Positions 47,221 to 60,774 of a DNA stretch of 64,000 bases are shown here, in pieces. The stretch's first letter is position 1. Every line of letters starts with the position of its first letter. The notes beneath the pieces were generated by a model. It saw only the letters and a list, made by a program, of their open reading frames with translations, had not been told where the DNA came from and searched no databases. This DNA comes from Geosiphon pyriformis uo1 (lineage: Eukaryota; Fungi; Glomeromycota): the NCBI GenBank assembly GCA_016748015.1, contig JAAOMT010000735.1, positions 248,001-312,000 of the forward strand. Direction: 5' to 3'. The position numbers and the translations under genes are program-made.

Positions 47221-50200
47221 TTTTGAATAGGTCAGGATATGTGAGATACTGTTCTGTTTCAGTATCCTCAGTTGGATCTTGAAATAACATGTCCTTGGTA
47301 ATTAATTTTTCTTTTTCCTTGGGTTTTTTGTAGTTTGGTGATCAGGTATAGTTTTCTTAAAGGTGGGTTGAACATGATATCACATTCATTACAGTACTAA
47401 AAATGACAAAAGATTAAACAATAATTACACAATTTCATGTTTAAATCAGCTAGCCTTTGTTTCTGCTTTTTTCTAATCAGTGCCAGGTTCTAGTAGTGCT
47501 TGTGAAAATATTCTGAATTGTTTTCAATGTTGTCAAAGATGTTCAAAGTCATGATATATTCGGATTCTAAAAGGGATAAGGAGTTGTTTTTGATTTCCCA
47601 TGATTCTCTGTTGTAGCATCTTCTGCTTTTGTACTCACCATTCTTCAAATCTCATGTTCATCATGAGAATATCTGTTCAATTGTTATAATGCTTATTTCC
47701 AGATGTCATCAATTGGAGTTTTTTTTTGTATCCAATTATTGATCAAGATAGTGTATTGACATGCTTTGTTGCATGTTTCTCCTCTGCTAAGAACATTGTT
47801 CTATAGTCCTTTATCTGGCAGGATCTTGCCACAGGCAAGACATGGCATATTGTCTCATTTGCTTTGTTATTTTGGTCTGCCAAATTTTTTTAACACATAA
47901 GATCTGCAGTAATATTTGGTGGCAGTTGGCCATTCCTTATTATCTCTAATACATGCACCTATAGAAGATAACTTTTTCCCACAGTCGACACAAATTAATT
48001 TTAGGGTTCAATATCATTGACTTCTTTAACTTGGGGCAGAATAGTCTGCAAGTGCTAATTGTAGTTTTTTTTCTGCTTTTCTCTTTCTCTTTTTTTTCCA
48101 AGTTGGTAGTGAGGATAACTCTGTTTGGAAATTGTCTGCTCATAAAACTTAATAGGTTTCTATAGTTGGTAGTGGTGTTGTGTCTTCAAATTCAATTAGT
48201 AGTTCCTCCAAGCTTTGGACTTTGAAGTATCTGCATATAGCCGGAACTTAAGCATATTGTCCATTAAAGGTGATCTGTAATTCCTGTGTGTTTTAGTCAA
48301 GAGTGACATGGGCTTTGGCCAACCAGTCATTTCTAACAAAAGCTTGATATTGTGTGGCTTCCATGACCAGAACTTTCATAAGAATTTGGATTTCATTGAT
48401 TTTGAAGGAAAAGTTATTAATTTTTCTAATTGGGGTTTTGGTATTGCCATCTGCAGTAATTATTTGGGCAGTTATGACACAATCTACTTGGTGATCTAAT
48501 TAATTCATAAGTTGTTTTGTTATTATACTGCTCACTGATCTACTATCAAGAATTAATTTAATGTCTATGTTTCCGACTCTAGCATTAGTGTACAAGGCCG
48601 TAATTGGTTTGTCTTGATTTATGGCAGCTCTGCTGAAAAGGCTATTTACATTCAGACTATCAATGTTGAAGGGAAAAATAGCAGTAAGGGTGGTATCTTC
48701 AGTGATAGTAGTGGGTGGGATAGTATTGTTGATTTGATTTTGCCTTGAAGAGTTGGAAGTCTTTCCTACATCTTTTCTCTCTAAAAGTGTAGAACTATAA
48801 AAATCTTGGTTTTTAGTGAGACCAAAATACAAGGCTTGGTTAGGGTATTTGGTAGGTACTGGTCAAAATGGGGCATTACTACAATTTAAGAATTGTAATG
48901 GTATATTGTTATTTGACATCTGATTGTTGCTGGGTTTCTCTATTTTTGGTTGTAATCAATTGCACAATGTCTAGGTTGGTTATTAACAGGGTTTTAGTAC
49001 TGAGATGCTGTTTGAGCCATTGGCTGTGATGACTGATAATAGTTTTGAGACAGTTGTTGGGTATACTGAATTTGTTGTAAGTATTGAGGTGGTTGATATT
49101 GAGGCATGGGGTATTAGAATATCATGTTTTGAGGGTATCTTAGTTGCTGATATTGATTTCCTTAATTTTGGTCTATTACTTTCTTATGACAGTCCCAAAC
49201 AATGTATCCAGGTTTCTGACAATAGTAACAATTGTGGGAATTGGATCTTCAAGGTTGTTGTTGTTGCTGATGATTCTGTTGTTGTTGGTATCTGTTATTA
49301 TTACTATTCCTTTGTTGTGGTGGCTGGTAGGGTCCTATGATACTGGCTAAAAATTTCTCAATTTTTTGAGTTAATTTTTCACTTAATTGAATTATTTTTG
49401 TGTCAATATTGAATGTTCCATTGATAGCCAGGTTAAAGTTTTGAGTATAGTTAGCCTCTTGTTCTGCTGACTCAAAGTCACAAGCAAAATTAACTGCCTC
49501 TTATAGGTTTGTTGAATGGCAGGGTCTTACAGATTGGAAAAGACTGCTCTTTAATTTTTTGACAAATTGATTAAGGATTTGTGCCACAGTATAGTAGTCC
49601 TTTTCAATGGCTTGGATTTGACAAAGAATTTGGTTGAATCATCCAAGATAAGTGGTCACTGCTTCGTGATCCTTTTGTTTTATAATGCTGAACTGATTTT
49701 GTAATCTGATGAGAGTGTTGAGGTCACAAAAGTATTGTAGAAAAGCAAGTTTAAAGGCAGCAAAGTCAGTATTACAGATGATTATTTGGGGTCTCAAGTC
49801 AAATAACAAATCTGCAACTTGATGCTTAGTTGGTACTCAGATGTTGATATCTGAAGATTTTGGTTGTGAAGTTCTTTGTATAATGAACAGAGATTTAATA
49901 GTTTGTTTTTAGTAGCCTCCTGAAATCGCAATTCCATTGAATTTTTTTCTTAGCATGATGGCTGATAATCCTCCTGGTAAGTTATTCTCAAATCTATGAG
50001 TGTTCTACCCTTGTTTTACAGGTCTTTTACCAGTTCTTATGACATCTGTATCTCAGTGCTTAATCCTTAATCAATTTAGTAAAACCAAAGAAATAACAAA
50101 AAGAAATAAAAGCAAACAAAAAAAGATAAAAAAATAAATGGAAGCAATTGCAAGTTAGTATCCCATCAATAGTCATGATCAAGAGCTATTGTTCCAGTGT

Positions 50201-50500
50201 GGTTAAGTATCAATTACTATCAACATGAAGTGTTAATAGTGGAGAATGGATTGAGATAGTGAATAATTATTTATTGATATTTGTGATGCGGAAGATTTTG
50301 AACTAATAGATTCTGCTCTTTCTATTTCTAACGCTATCACTATATATACATAATTGATGTTCTATGAGATCACTTACATTTCTGAGCAATGTGCTATGAT
50401 TTCTTAAGCAATGTGTTCATGTGCTACATACTATTTGCTTATTGGTCTACTATTTCCCTATATTTGTTTTCTTTCTATGAGTAATATTATCTCCTCCTTT

Positions 50501-51135
50501 TTAATATTGAGCTCTGTCAAAATCTTCATTTTGAATTAGCTTCAATACTTTTTTTTCTAGTATTGTTTGTTTGACTTTATTTTTCATGTCTTTTACTTGT
50601 ACATTGTTCATTTTTCCTTATTGATTAATGGTTATGGTTTCTATGTTAGAGTATAACAGTATTTCTGGGTAGTTCTGAAATATGTTGTACAGTCAATAAA
50701 TTGTTCTCATATGTAGTGTCGAGTTTGTCTTTTTCCCAATAAATTCTTCAATTTGCTGTATTATGTTTTGGTTAAATATTTTCTTGAATTTGTCAATATA
50801 CAACTCTTGAATATTCAACTTTCAACCTAACTGGTAGTAACAGTATAATATTGGAAGTTGTTCTGTCCATTGCTTTCAATTTTTTTTGTAAGTTCTTCTG
50901 TTGGTGCCATAATAAGTATTTTTTCAAAAGTGTTCTTTACTTTTTTTATTATGTTATCTGACCAGTTTTTATTATTCTTTGGTGGTTGCTGATATGGTGT
51001 GTTCTTTGTCTTTCTTTGGGTGTTTTGATAGCAAATTATTTGTTTGTTAATGACAATTTCCATGTCTAACTGTTGTTCACTTAAAGCCTAGAACAATTGT
51101 TGAGCTATAGTGTGAATATGATCTGGTATTTCTAT
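50501..51135 (-). pseudogene. Post-integrase ORF3 of element C
   Basis: (M)EIPDHIHTIAQQLF*ALSEQQLDMEIVINKQIICYQ...FDRAQY*; collinear with ORF3 of A. Confidence 0.7.
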
Positions 51136-54100
51136 TTTTCTTGGTTGCTTTTGTCATGTGTACTGTGTCTTTATATATTCTTTTGGTTGTTCAATTTGAT
51201 GTGTTTGGTTCAATAACTATGGTTGGTTCTAGATCTTGTAGAATCTCATCTGGTTGAACTAGTATTTTTTGTACTCCCAATTGTGGAATGTTATTGGTGG
51301 ATGATGATGCTATTTGGTGATATGGTTTCAGTCGATCACCATGTGCTGCTTTGGTTAAGATTTTGTTGTCCCATCTTAATTTATAAGCTCCATTTCCAAG
51401 AATTTCTTCTATGTGAAATGGTCCATCCTATTTGGGGTCAAATTTTCCACTCCATTGTTTTTCTGCTTTGGTACAATATAAAAATACTTTGTCTCCAATC
51501 TTGAATTTAACTGGTTTGTCTGGTAGTTGATTATCATGTCTTTTTTTTTGTTTTTTTTGTGACTTCTGAATGTTATTAGCTGCTTTTCGCCATTTATTTT
51601 CTAATGTTTCTATTAAGTCATATGTTCTTTTTAGCAATGTTTCCTGAAAATTGTCCTCAGTTATTGGTTCTGTTGAATAAGTAGTGACTTCTATCTCAAC
51701 TGGTAATGTTGCTGTTCTACTATATACTAATTCAAATGGTGTTGCTTGTGTAGTGTTTTACTTCATTGTCTGATAAGCAAATAATACTGATGGTATGAAC
51801 AAATCCCATTTGTCCTGATTTTCTTGACTGATCTTGGCGATTGCTTTACACAATGTTCAGTTAAATTTCTCAACTAACCCATTTGTTTGTAAATGGTATG
51901 GTGATGATAATGGTTTTTTGATTCCAAATCTCTGACTTAATTCTGCTAATGTTCTGTTTACAAAGTAAGTTCCTTGATCTGATAATAATTTTTTTGGACA
52001 TCCATGTTGACAAATTAAATCTTAATGAACAAATTCAGTAACAGATTTTGCATCTGCTCTTTGAATGGCTTTTGCTTTTGGCCATTTAGTAAAATAGTCC
52101 ATGGCTACTGTAATATATCTGTTGCTTCTGCTGATGGTTGTTAATAGTCCAACTAAGTCAATTCCAATGCGATTAAATGATTGTTCTACTTTGATTGATT
52201 TTAATAATTCACTTGGTCTTGTTCTACCTCTTTTTTAACAAGCATCACAACTTTGAACATATTGAATAATGTCTGGATATATTGATGGCCAATAGTATCT
52301 TTTTCTGGCTCTTTCTATGGTTGCTTCTTTATAAAAATGTTCTGCTGTTGAATCTGAGTATATGTTAAACAATATTGTTTCTTTTTCTGATTCTGTAATT
52401 ACTCTGGTTGGTTGGTCTGGATTTCTTCTGTTTTTTTGGTAAAGTATATTTTGATAATTGATGAAATATTTTGATTGCTGTTTTATGTTGTTTTGTTCTT
52501 TTTGAGATAATTTCTCCTTGAACAATTGAGTATTTATATAATGCTGGAGTTGTTGGTATTTTTGTGTATTCATTTTTTGTTATATATTTTTGAGTTAAAA
52601 TGTTTTTAGATTTGTTTCATTTGTGACAATCCGTTAGCATTTCCATTGTCTTTTCCCTTTTTATAATGTACTGTATAATTGAATGGTGAAAGTTTTATTT
52701 TCTATCTGGTATGACAATCATCTGCAAATTCTTGTTTCTGGATTGAAGTCAATCCCTTGTGATCCATATATATTTCAAACTTTTGGCTCAAGTATTTTCT
52801 CCATTTCATGACTGTCTAATAGATTGCTAAATGTTTTAGTGCTGGTGTTTTATAGTTTTTTTTGGCTGGATTTAAGCTTCTACTGGCGTAAGCTACTGGA
52901 TGTTCTCTTCCATCTGGTTTTTTCTGTGATAGTACTGCTCCTAATGTTTGACCTGATGCATCTGTAGTAATAATAAATAGTTTGCTGTAATCTGGATACA
53001 TCAATATTGAAGCTTGAATAAGCTTTTTTCTCAGTGTGTTGAATGCTTCTTGTTGAACTTCAGTCCATTTATACTTCATATTCTTGGTTTGTAGATGGTA
53101 AAGTGGCTGGGTTAGTTTAGAAAAATCTTTGATAAAATGTTAATAATAATCTGCAAATCCCAAAAATGCTCTTAGTTTTAACAAATTTGCTGGTACTAGA
53201 AAGTTCTTTACTATTGCAATCTTATCTGGATCTGTTTTGATTCCATTTTTGCTCACCACATGTTCCAAAAACTAGAGTTCAGTTTTTCCAAAGAAACATT
53301 TGGTTGCATTTAGCTTTAGTTCAGCTCTTCTTAATCTTTCAAACACTTGTTGGAGATAATACAGATGATTATCAAATGTTTTTGAAAACACATTGGTGTT
53401 ATCCAAGTATATGACTACTGATTTTCATAGTAATCCAGTATAGATAATTTCCATGAGCTGTTGGAATGTTGCTGGAGCATTTATCAATCTAAATGGCATG
53501 ACTTCAAACTCAAAATTTCTCTCTCTTGTGGTAAATACTGTTTTCTTTTTGTTGGCTAAATTTATGGCTACTTGCCAGTAACTACTATCTAAATTCAGTG
53601 TTGAGAACCATTTATTTCTTTCAAAAGCATTGAATAGTTCTTGGATCTTTGGAGTTGGATAGCTATCATCTTTTGTTACTTTATTCAGTTTTTGGTAGTT
53701 TACACAAAAGCAGATTTTCCCATTTTTCTTTTGGACTAGTACTACTGGTGACAACCATGAACTCATTGATGGCTGAATTAACCTGTTGTTAAGCATTTGG
53801 TTAATTTCTTGATAAATGATCTCATGGCTAGCTGGTAGTACTCTGTATGTTCTTTGTTTAATTAGCATTGTATTTCCAGTTTTAATCTGATGCTGGATTA
53901 TGTTGGTTCTGCCAAATTCATTTTTACTGGCAAAAATGTCATTGAATTTGTTGAGTAACATCTTTAGTTGTATTTGTTAAAGTGGGTCTAGATTCCCCAT
54001 GTTTATCTGTTCCAATTGTTCTGGTTAGAGCAGATAACATTTGCTTCATCTATAAATGATTTGTGATGTAATGTTCACATATCCACAAAGCTGTGAAAAA

Positions 54101-54429
54101 TCTGGAATGTGGTTTGGTAGTTGATTCTCAACTTTGGTGGTTAAATATCCAATGATAGTTCTTTTTGGTATTTCAATAACACTTCCTGTTGTATTGTAGA
54201 TAGAAATTTTGATATTTTTGGGGCTTTTGGCTAATATATAGAGATTAATGAGTCCAATTTCTTCTGATTTGCAAATAGTAGCTTTTGCTTTAAACAATTA
54301 AGCTTGATCTTTTACTTCTCTTTTTATGGCTAACATATACTGGTCATATGGTGGAATGGAAATTGATTAACGGGTTAAGATAATTTCTCCTTTGTCAATA
54401 ACTTTTTCTTCCGCCATATTAACTGATAT

Positions 54430-54870
54430 ATCTATTCTACCCATTGATCCAAATTTCTGTATTTTTCTAGCAATAATCCCTAATTTTTTCCTATTTTCTA
54501 CTGAAACTAACTGAGTTATTTTCACCAGAAGTGGAAATATTGTCTATGCTATCTTTTTATTTGGCTCTATAATATAGATCTTTTCTGAATCATTTTGTAA
54601 CATAACAATGATATTTCCTACATACTCTGCATTAATTATTCCTCTTCTGATGTTGATTTTTTTTTTGCTAGGCTATTCCTAGATGCTAATTGAACCATGG
54701 TTGTTACCAGAATTTCCAAAGCTATTTTGAGATCAATACATGTGTGCAAATTTGGTTCCAATTTGATGATATTCTTCCCTAGATATCTCAGATTAAACCT
54801 TGCATCAGTATTATACATGTATTTAGGCATGATACCTTCATTATTATTACTGTACTATTTGAGTTTTTGT
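54430..54870 (-). pseudogene. dUTPase domain of element C
   Basis: YNTDARFNLRY..DLKIALEI..VQLASRNSLAKK..IINAEYVGNIIVML..KFGSMG. Confidence 0.8.
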
Positions 54871-57800
54871 TTCTTAGAGAGATCAGAAAATGCAATGTAT
54901 ATTTCTGGGTTTGAATCAGAGCCTGAATTGTTGAGACTTTTGTTGCCATATTGAGCTAAGCTAAAACCAGTGTTTTTGTCATCATTGTTGTCGAAGTTTG
55001 AATCAGGATTGAAAACTGATTCTGATTCTAATGTGCAGTTGTTTATTGATTCATCTTTTTTTGGGATCGTATAGATCATGTGTAGTGGTGGATTGTAAAT
55101 AAGGTCACACTCATTACAATACTAAAAGTCACATGGGATCAAACAATGGTCACATAATTGGGTGTTTAGTTCTTCCAAGCATTGTTCTTGCTCTTCTTTA
55201 GTGAGTGCTAATTACTGGTAATGTTCATGAAATTCCTCTGAATTGTCCTCAATATTGCCAAAGACATCAAAAGTTTGAATGTATTTGGGTTCAGAAAAAG
55301 ATAGAGGGTTGTTTTTAATTTCCAGTAGTTTGCTAATTGTCACACCTTCTGCTTTCATATACGCCATTCTCCAGAGTTCATGTTTATCGTGGGGATATTT
55401 TTTCAATTATTACAATGCTTTTTTCCATGCATTGTCAATTAGTGTTCCTTTATATACTCAGTTATTTATCAAGATAGTGTATTGGCATGTCTCATTGCAC
55501 ATTTCTCCACACCCAGGAATGTCATTCCATATTTCTTTGTCTGGTAAGATAGTTTTACATGCGAGACAGGATTGATTATTCCATTTTCCTTGTTATTTTG
55601 GTCATCCAAAGCATTCTATGACATATAAGCGGTAATAGAATTTTGTGGCCGTGGCATATTCTTCATTGTTGCCACAGCAAGTGCCCATTGACGACAATCT
55701 CTTGCTGCAATCAACACATTCTAATTTTGGTCAGTGATAATTGGGTAGTTGTAATGAAGTATAAGCATATAAACTATAAGTGCTGCTGATAGGAATGGTT
55801 TTTTTTTCCTTTTCCTTTTCCTTTTCCTTGTCCGTTTCTTTTCACTCCCAGTTTGCTGATTTGTTTTGGTCATTATCAGTTTCTCAGACTTGGTCGATAT
55901 TTTAGGTAAGTTTTTTCTTCTGCTTTCTTTTGTTGTTGTTGTCCCAGAAGAGTATTGGTGGCAACTTGTTGTGGTCTTCATTGGCTCAAGAGATTTAGTA
56001 TACTTCCCAAGTAGGTTTCTCTTTTTCTTTTTCAAACTCGATGAATGGTACTGATGGCATGATAATAGGTTTAAAGTGGCCACACATGGCTGGTACATGT
56101 GTGTATTGACCATTTTGACTAAGCTAAAGCTTTTGGGTGTTCTAATTAAGCATCACATGAGTTTTAGACAGCCAGTTATTGCCAACAAGTGCTTGGTACT
56201 GAGTGGCTTTCATGATTAATATCTTGATTGGTACAATGATGCCATTGACTTCAATGGGTAGGGCATCTATTTCACCAATTGGTGTCTTGGTGGTTCTATT
56301 AGTGGTAATTATCCTTGCACTAGCAGCTCGATCAACTTGGCAACCTAATTGGTCCATGAGCTGTCTTGTGATGATGCTGCCAGCTGATCCACTATCTAGG
56401 ATTAGTTTGATGAACTGACCATCAATTTTGACATCCGTGTATATCACTGTGATAGGTTTTTCTTCAAGTGTGGCTTTACTGAACAATGGGGTTTCTGTTG
56501 GTTCCTTGATTTCGAAAGAAAATATAGCTGTTAGAGACTTGTCTTTTATGACAGTGGCTGGCAGAATATTGGTAAGCAATTGCTTCTGTTTGGGTTTCCA
56601 GTTGTTGAGTGAGGTGCCTTCTGGAGTAACCAAAAGACTTAAATAGTTCTGGAAACTTGGGTTTTGAGTGTACCTGGTTTCTGAACTCCACTGTTGTAAT
56701 CTGGATGGCTGGTTGGGTGAACTGGAGATTGGTTGGTAAACAACCATCATTGATCTTCAGTTTTGGGTGACTCTTGATCTAGGGTTTCCTGATGTCATTT
56801 GAGCTGGGTTTGATGGCAGTATTTGGACTGTGGATGTCTGATAAATTATTTGTGGCTGTGGTGGTTGATATATTATCAGCAGCTGTGGTTGATAAACTGG
56901 AGATTGATATATGAGTGGTTAATATATTGGCTGTTGTGTCATTGGCAGATAAGTCAGTTGATATGTTGCTGAGCTTAATTGATAATTCAGAGTTGGAAAC
57001 CTGCAATTGGGGTTTCAATATTGATTTTCCGATTGTTGGTTTTCTATTTTTAACCAACAATCAATTTTCAAATGTTTTTGTTTACCACAGTAGTGGCAGA
57101 TATGCATTTCTTGCTGTCATGGCTGATTAGATGATGATGAAAAATGCGACTGATTTTGTAAGCAATTTGTGATTCCTAAATTATTGTGTCGTTGGGATGG
57201 CTAATAAATTGTGTGATTGTCAGCCAAGTATTTCTTTAATTTCTGATTGATAGAATCACTGAATTGTTTCAATTTGGAATCCAATTCAGATGATCTATTT
57301 AGCACTAAGTTAATGGCTTGGGTATGATTAACTTTGAGTTCAGCTGCTTCAAAATTTTGGGCATTGGTAACTGCAACTTGAAGGTCTGCTGAATGCATTG
57401 GACATACACATTGGAGGATGCTACTGTGCAGATCTCTAATAAATTGGTTTAGAATTTGGAGTGCTGTAAAATAATCAGCCTGGATTGCTTGAATTTGGCA
57501 CAGATTCTTATAGAAGCATCCTAGATAAGTAGTGACTACTTTATTTTCCTCTTGTTTGATAGTGGTAAAAGTGTTTGCTAGCCAATTAATACTATTATTG
57601 TTGCTGAAGTATTGTAGGAATGCAAGCTTGAATACAGCAAAATCTTGGGGTTTGTTAGCCAAGCTTTGATATCATGAATTGGCAGTATCTTGGAGAAAGT
57701 AAAGAATGGTCTGCATGGCTCTGGCATCATTTCAGCCATTGGCTATGATGGCTTTCTCCACATCATTTAGTCACACTTGGGTGTCATCTTCTTTGCTGGT

Positions 57801-58873
57801 AAATTTCTTAAATTTCACTATCAGAATGTAGGCCATTGGATTGACATTTGGTTGTTGCAGTTGTTATTGCTGCTGTTGAAGTGGCTGCTGTAGTTGTTGA
57901 GATGATTGAAATAGCTGCTGTTGCTGTTTGTCGATTGGTAGAGCTGGATTAATCATGATTACTGGAGATAAGTGTTGTTGATTATTAATGTTGGGATTGT
58001 AATTATTCTGATTGTGCTGCGTTTGGAAATTTACAGTCTCAATTTCTGGATTTTCCAAATTTGGATTTTGCTGAGTCTGAAAATTTGGGGTTTTAATGTT
58101 CAGGTTTTCTGGGATTGGGTTCTGATAAGTAAATTCTTGATCTTCAGATTCTTCTTCCTCTTTTTTTTGTTCTTCTTCTGAATCCATTACTTTCCAGGGA
58201 CTTGCAGTTCCAAAATTTGGTTGCAGTAGCAGAGATTAAAGTCCTGATGGTGTTGGAAATCATGACTTAAATCCTTCAAAATACACATCATATGATCCTA
58301 GAAGATCTTTTTTCCTTTGTTTACTCTAAAATGGGAATCATCCAAAAGTTGATGTCACATGTGATGTGGACACACCTGTTGCTATAATGTTGATGGCACT
58401 TTCAGGTGTATAGTAGTATGATGGATTTGTTGGTAATTCAATTTTGTATTTCTTCCAAGTAGGTGGTTAGATCCATTGAGGTGTTACTGCTAGTATTTGT
58501 AATTTTTCTTTGTCTTTACTGGCATAAGTGATTGGGTATCTTTGTTGTGTGTAATGTTCAATTTTTTTATTAATCTCAATGATGATGGATGCAAAATTAT
58601 AATTTGTTGGTAAGCTGGTGTTTTGGATTAATTTGTGGTAAAAAGTTTCTCTTACTAATTCAGTGTTTACTGGTGTTTCTAACAAATAGGCAATTCTTTT
58701 GTTAACATAAAAATTGAAGGCTGATTCTGCTGATATTTGATTGTGGTTCAATTCCAAATGTTGACAGTAGTGTTGAAATAAGAATTTCATAAATCCTAAA
58801 TGGTTTGCTCTTATACTTTCTGATTCTGCCACTGTTGATTTATTTGTTGGTGCTGGTTCTCTGTAGGATTATA

Positions 58874-58892
58874 CTTTATAGGGAGCACCAAA
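58874..58892 (-). promoter_or_regulatory. Primer-binding site of element C; C/G consensus TGGTGCTCCCTGTGAGG, complementary to a tRNA 3' end (Ile(UAU)- or elongator-Met-like, tentative)
   Basis: TGG begins 2 nt after the LTR-terminal CA; the G copy reads TGGTGCTCCTTGTGAGG; the complement CCTCACAGGGAGCACCA has T-stem/acceptor-stem/CCA geometry. Confidence 0.7.
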
Positions 58893-60774
58893 TGTTACAG
58901 ATGATTATTTGGGGTCTCAAGTCAAATAACAAATCTGTAACTTGATGCTTAGTTGGTACTCGAGTGTTGATATTTGAAGGTTTTGGTTGTAGAGTTCTTT
59001 GTATAATGAACAAAAATTTAATAGTTTGTTTTCAGTAGTCTCCCAGAATTGCAATTCTGTCAAATTTTTTTCTCAGTGTAATGGCCAGTAATCTTCCTAG
59101 TAAGCTATTCTCAAATCTATGAATGTTCTACCCTTGTTTTACAGGTCTTTTACCAGTCTCTATAATGTCTGTATCTCAGTGCTTAATCCTTAATCAATTT
59201 AGTAAAACCAAAAAAATAACAAAAAAAAATAAAAGCAAATAAAAGAAGATAAAAAAATAAATAGAAACAATTACAAGTTAGTATTTTGTCAATAGCCATG
59301 ATCAAAAGCTATTGTTCTAGTGTGGTTAAGTATTAATTACTATCAATATGAAGTGTTAATAGTAAAAAGTATGTTGAGATAGTGAATAATTATTTATGGA
59401 TATTTGTGATGTAAAAGGTTTTGAACTGATGGATTCTGCTTTTTTTACTTCTAACACTATCATTATATATACATAATTGATGTTCTATGAGATCGCTCAT
59501 ATTCCCGAGTAATATGCTATGATTTTTTGAGCAATATTTACATTGTTGAGCAATGTGCTCTAATTTTCTAACATTGCTCCACATTGTTGAGCAATGTGCC
59601 ATGTTTTCTGACATTGCTCCATATTGCTGAGCAATGTGCTCACATATTACATACTATTTGCTTATTGGTCTACTATTTCCTTATATCTGTTTTCTTTCTA
59701 TAAGTAACATTGGTTGGTTTTTTTGCAAGGCTTTGATACAATGAGTCAGCAGTTCCAGTCAAAAAGAATGGCAATGCTTGAATAGCCCTATTATCATCTC
59801 AATTGTTAGCAGTGATGGCTTTCTTAGCTTCCATGATTTATGTATATGCATCATCTTTTTCACCAAAGAATTTTTCTAATTTGGCGATATCTTGATAAGC
59901 CATAATCCAGTGGATAGGTGGAGTCTTACTGGTTAATATGGAGGAGTTTGGTGTTTGCATGCTAGAGTGTTCTCCTGGTGCTAATTCTAGTTGTTTTCTT
60001 TTGTTAATTTTTCCAATGGGCTAAAAGATAGCTGTTTCTTCAGAGAGGGTAGTTGATGTTTCAGTCAAAAGTTGGGTTGGTAGTAATTCTCACGTCAACA
60101 TATTTTTATTTGTTTTATTAATTGTTGGGGTGAGATTTCTAAACAATGATACATATTCTCCTAATGATTTGGTTCAATTGTGTTGACCCCAGAGGTGTAG
60201 ATTTCTAGGAGTTCATGGTATTTCTAACTGGGTTTCTGAGAGTGGATTGAATACAATTCTACTTTAAGGTGTCTGATGATATGATGGAATTGTTGAGGAG
60301 AGAAACCTTGATTTTTTGTTGACCATAGACTTAACTTGTTCTTGTGTGGCTGCTGTGCTATTGGGTTCGGATTTGTATTTTCTAGGATTGGATTCCACTG
60401 GTTGTTGTACTTGAGAAAATCATTTTGTCACATAATATTTAATGTCTGTATCAATTATGCACAGAGTTGTAGTAATTGCTTGGATAGTCATGGCTGTTGA
60501 GTACTCTAATAAGCTTTGATAGATTTGTTCTTCAAGTCTTTCTGTGTTGGTTGCATGGCCTAATAAACAGTCAATTTTTGCATTGATATAGTTACAAAAA
60601 TTACTTTCTGCATAAACAGTTTCTACTGGTATTCCTAAGTCTTTTTGAAAGTATTAAAATAATACTTTTCTGTATAGAAAGTGGTTTTTTCCTACTGTTT
60701 CAATAGTCACCACTTTTGTGAATTTTCAGGATGCTCTGTCTCTGTGAATTTATAACCTCACAAGGAGCACCAAA

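Larger units (their letters stand above)
49770..59709 (-). mobile_element. Uninterrupted full-length degenerate Ty3/gypsy element C (~9.9 kb, dUTPase-bearing) inserted in gag of G
   Basis: LTRs 49770-50486 and 58893-59709; PBS TGGTGCTCCC; PPT aaaaaggaggagataa; flanks TCAG/TTGG (ancestral TCGG); excision restores G gag AKKPTDFAAFKLAF; gag-PR(LILDSGSAGS)-Cys-dUTPase-RT-RH-IN-ORF3. Confidence 0.93.
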
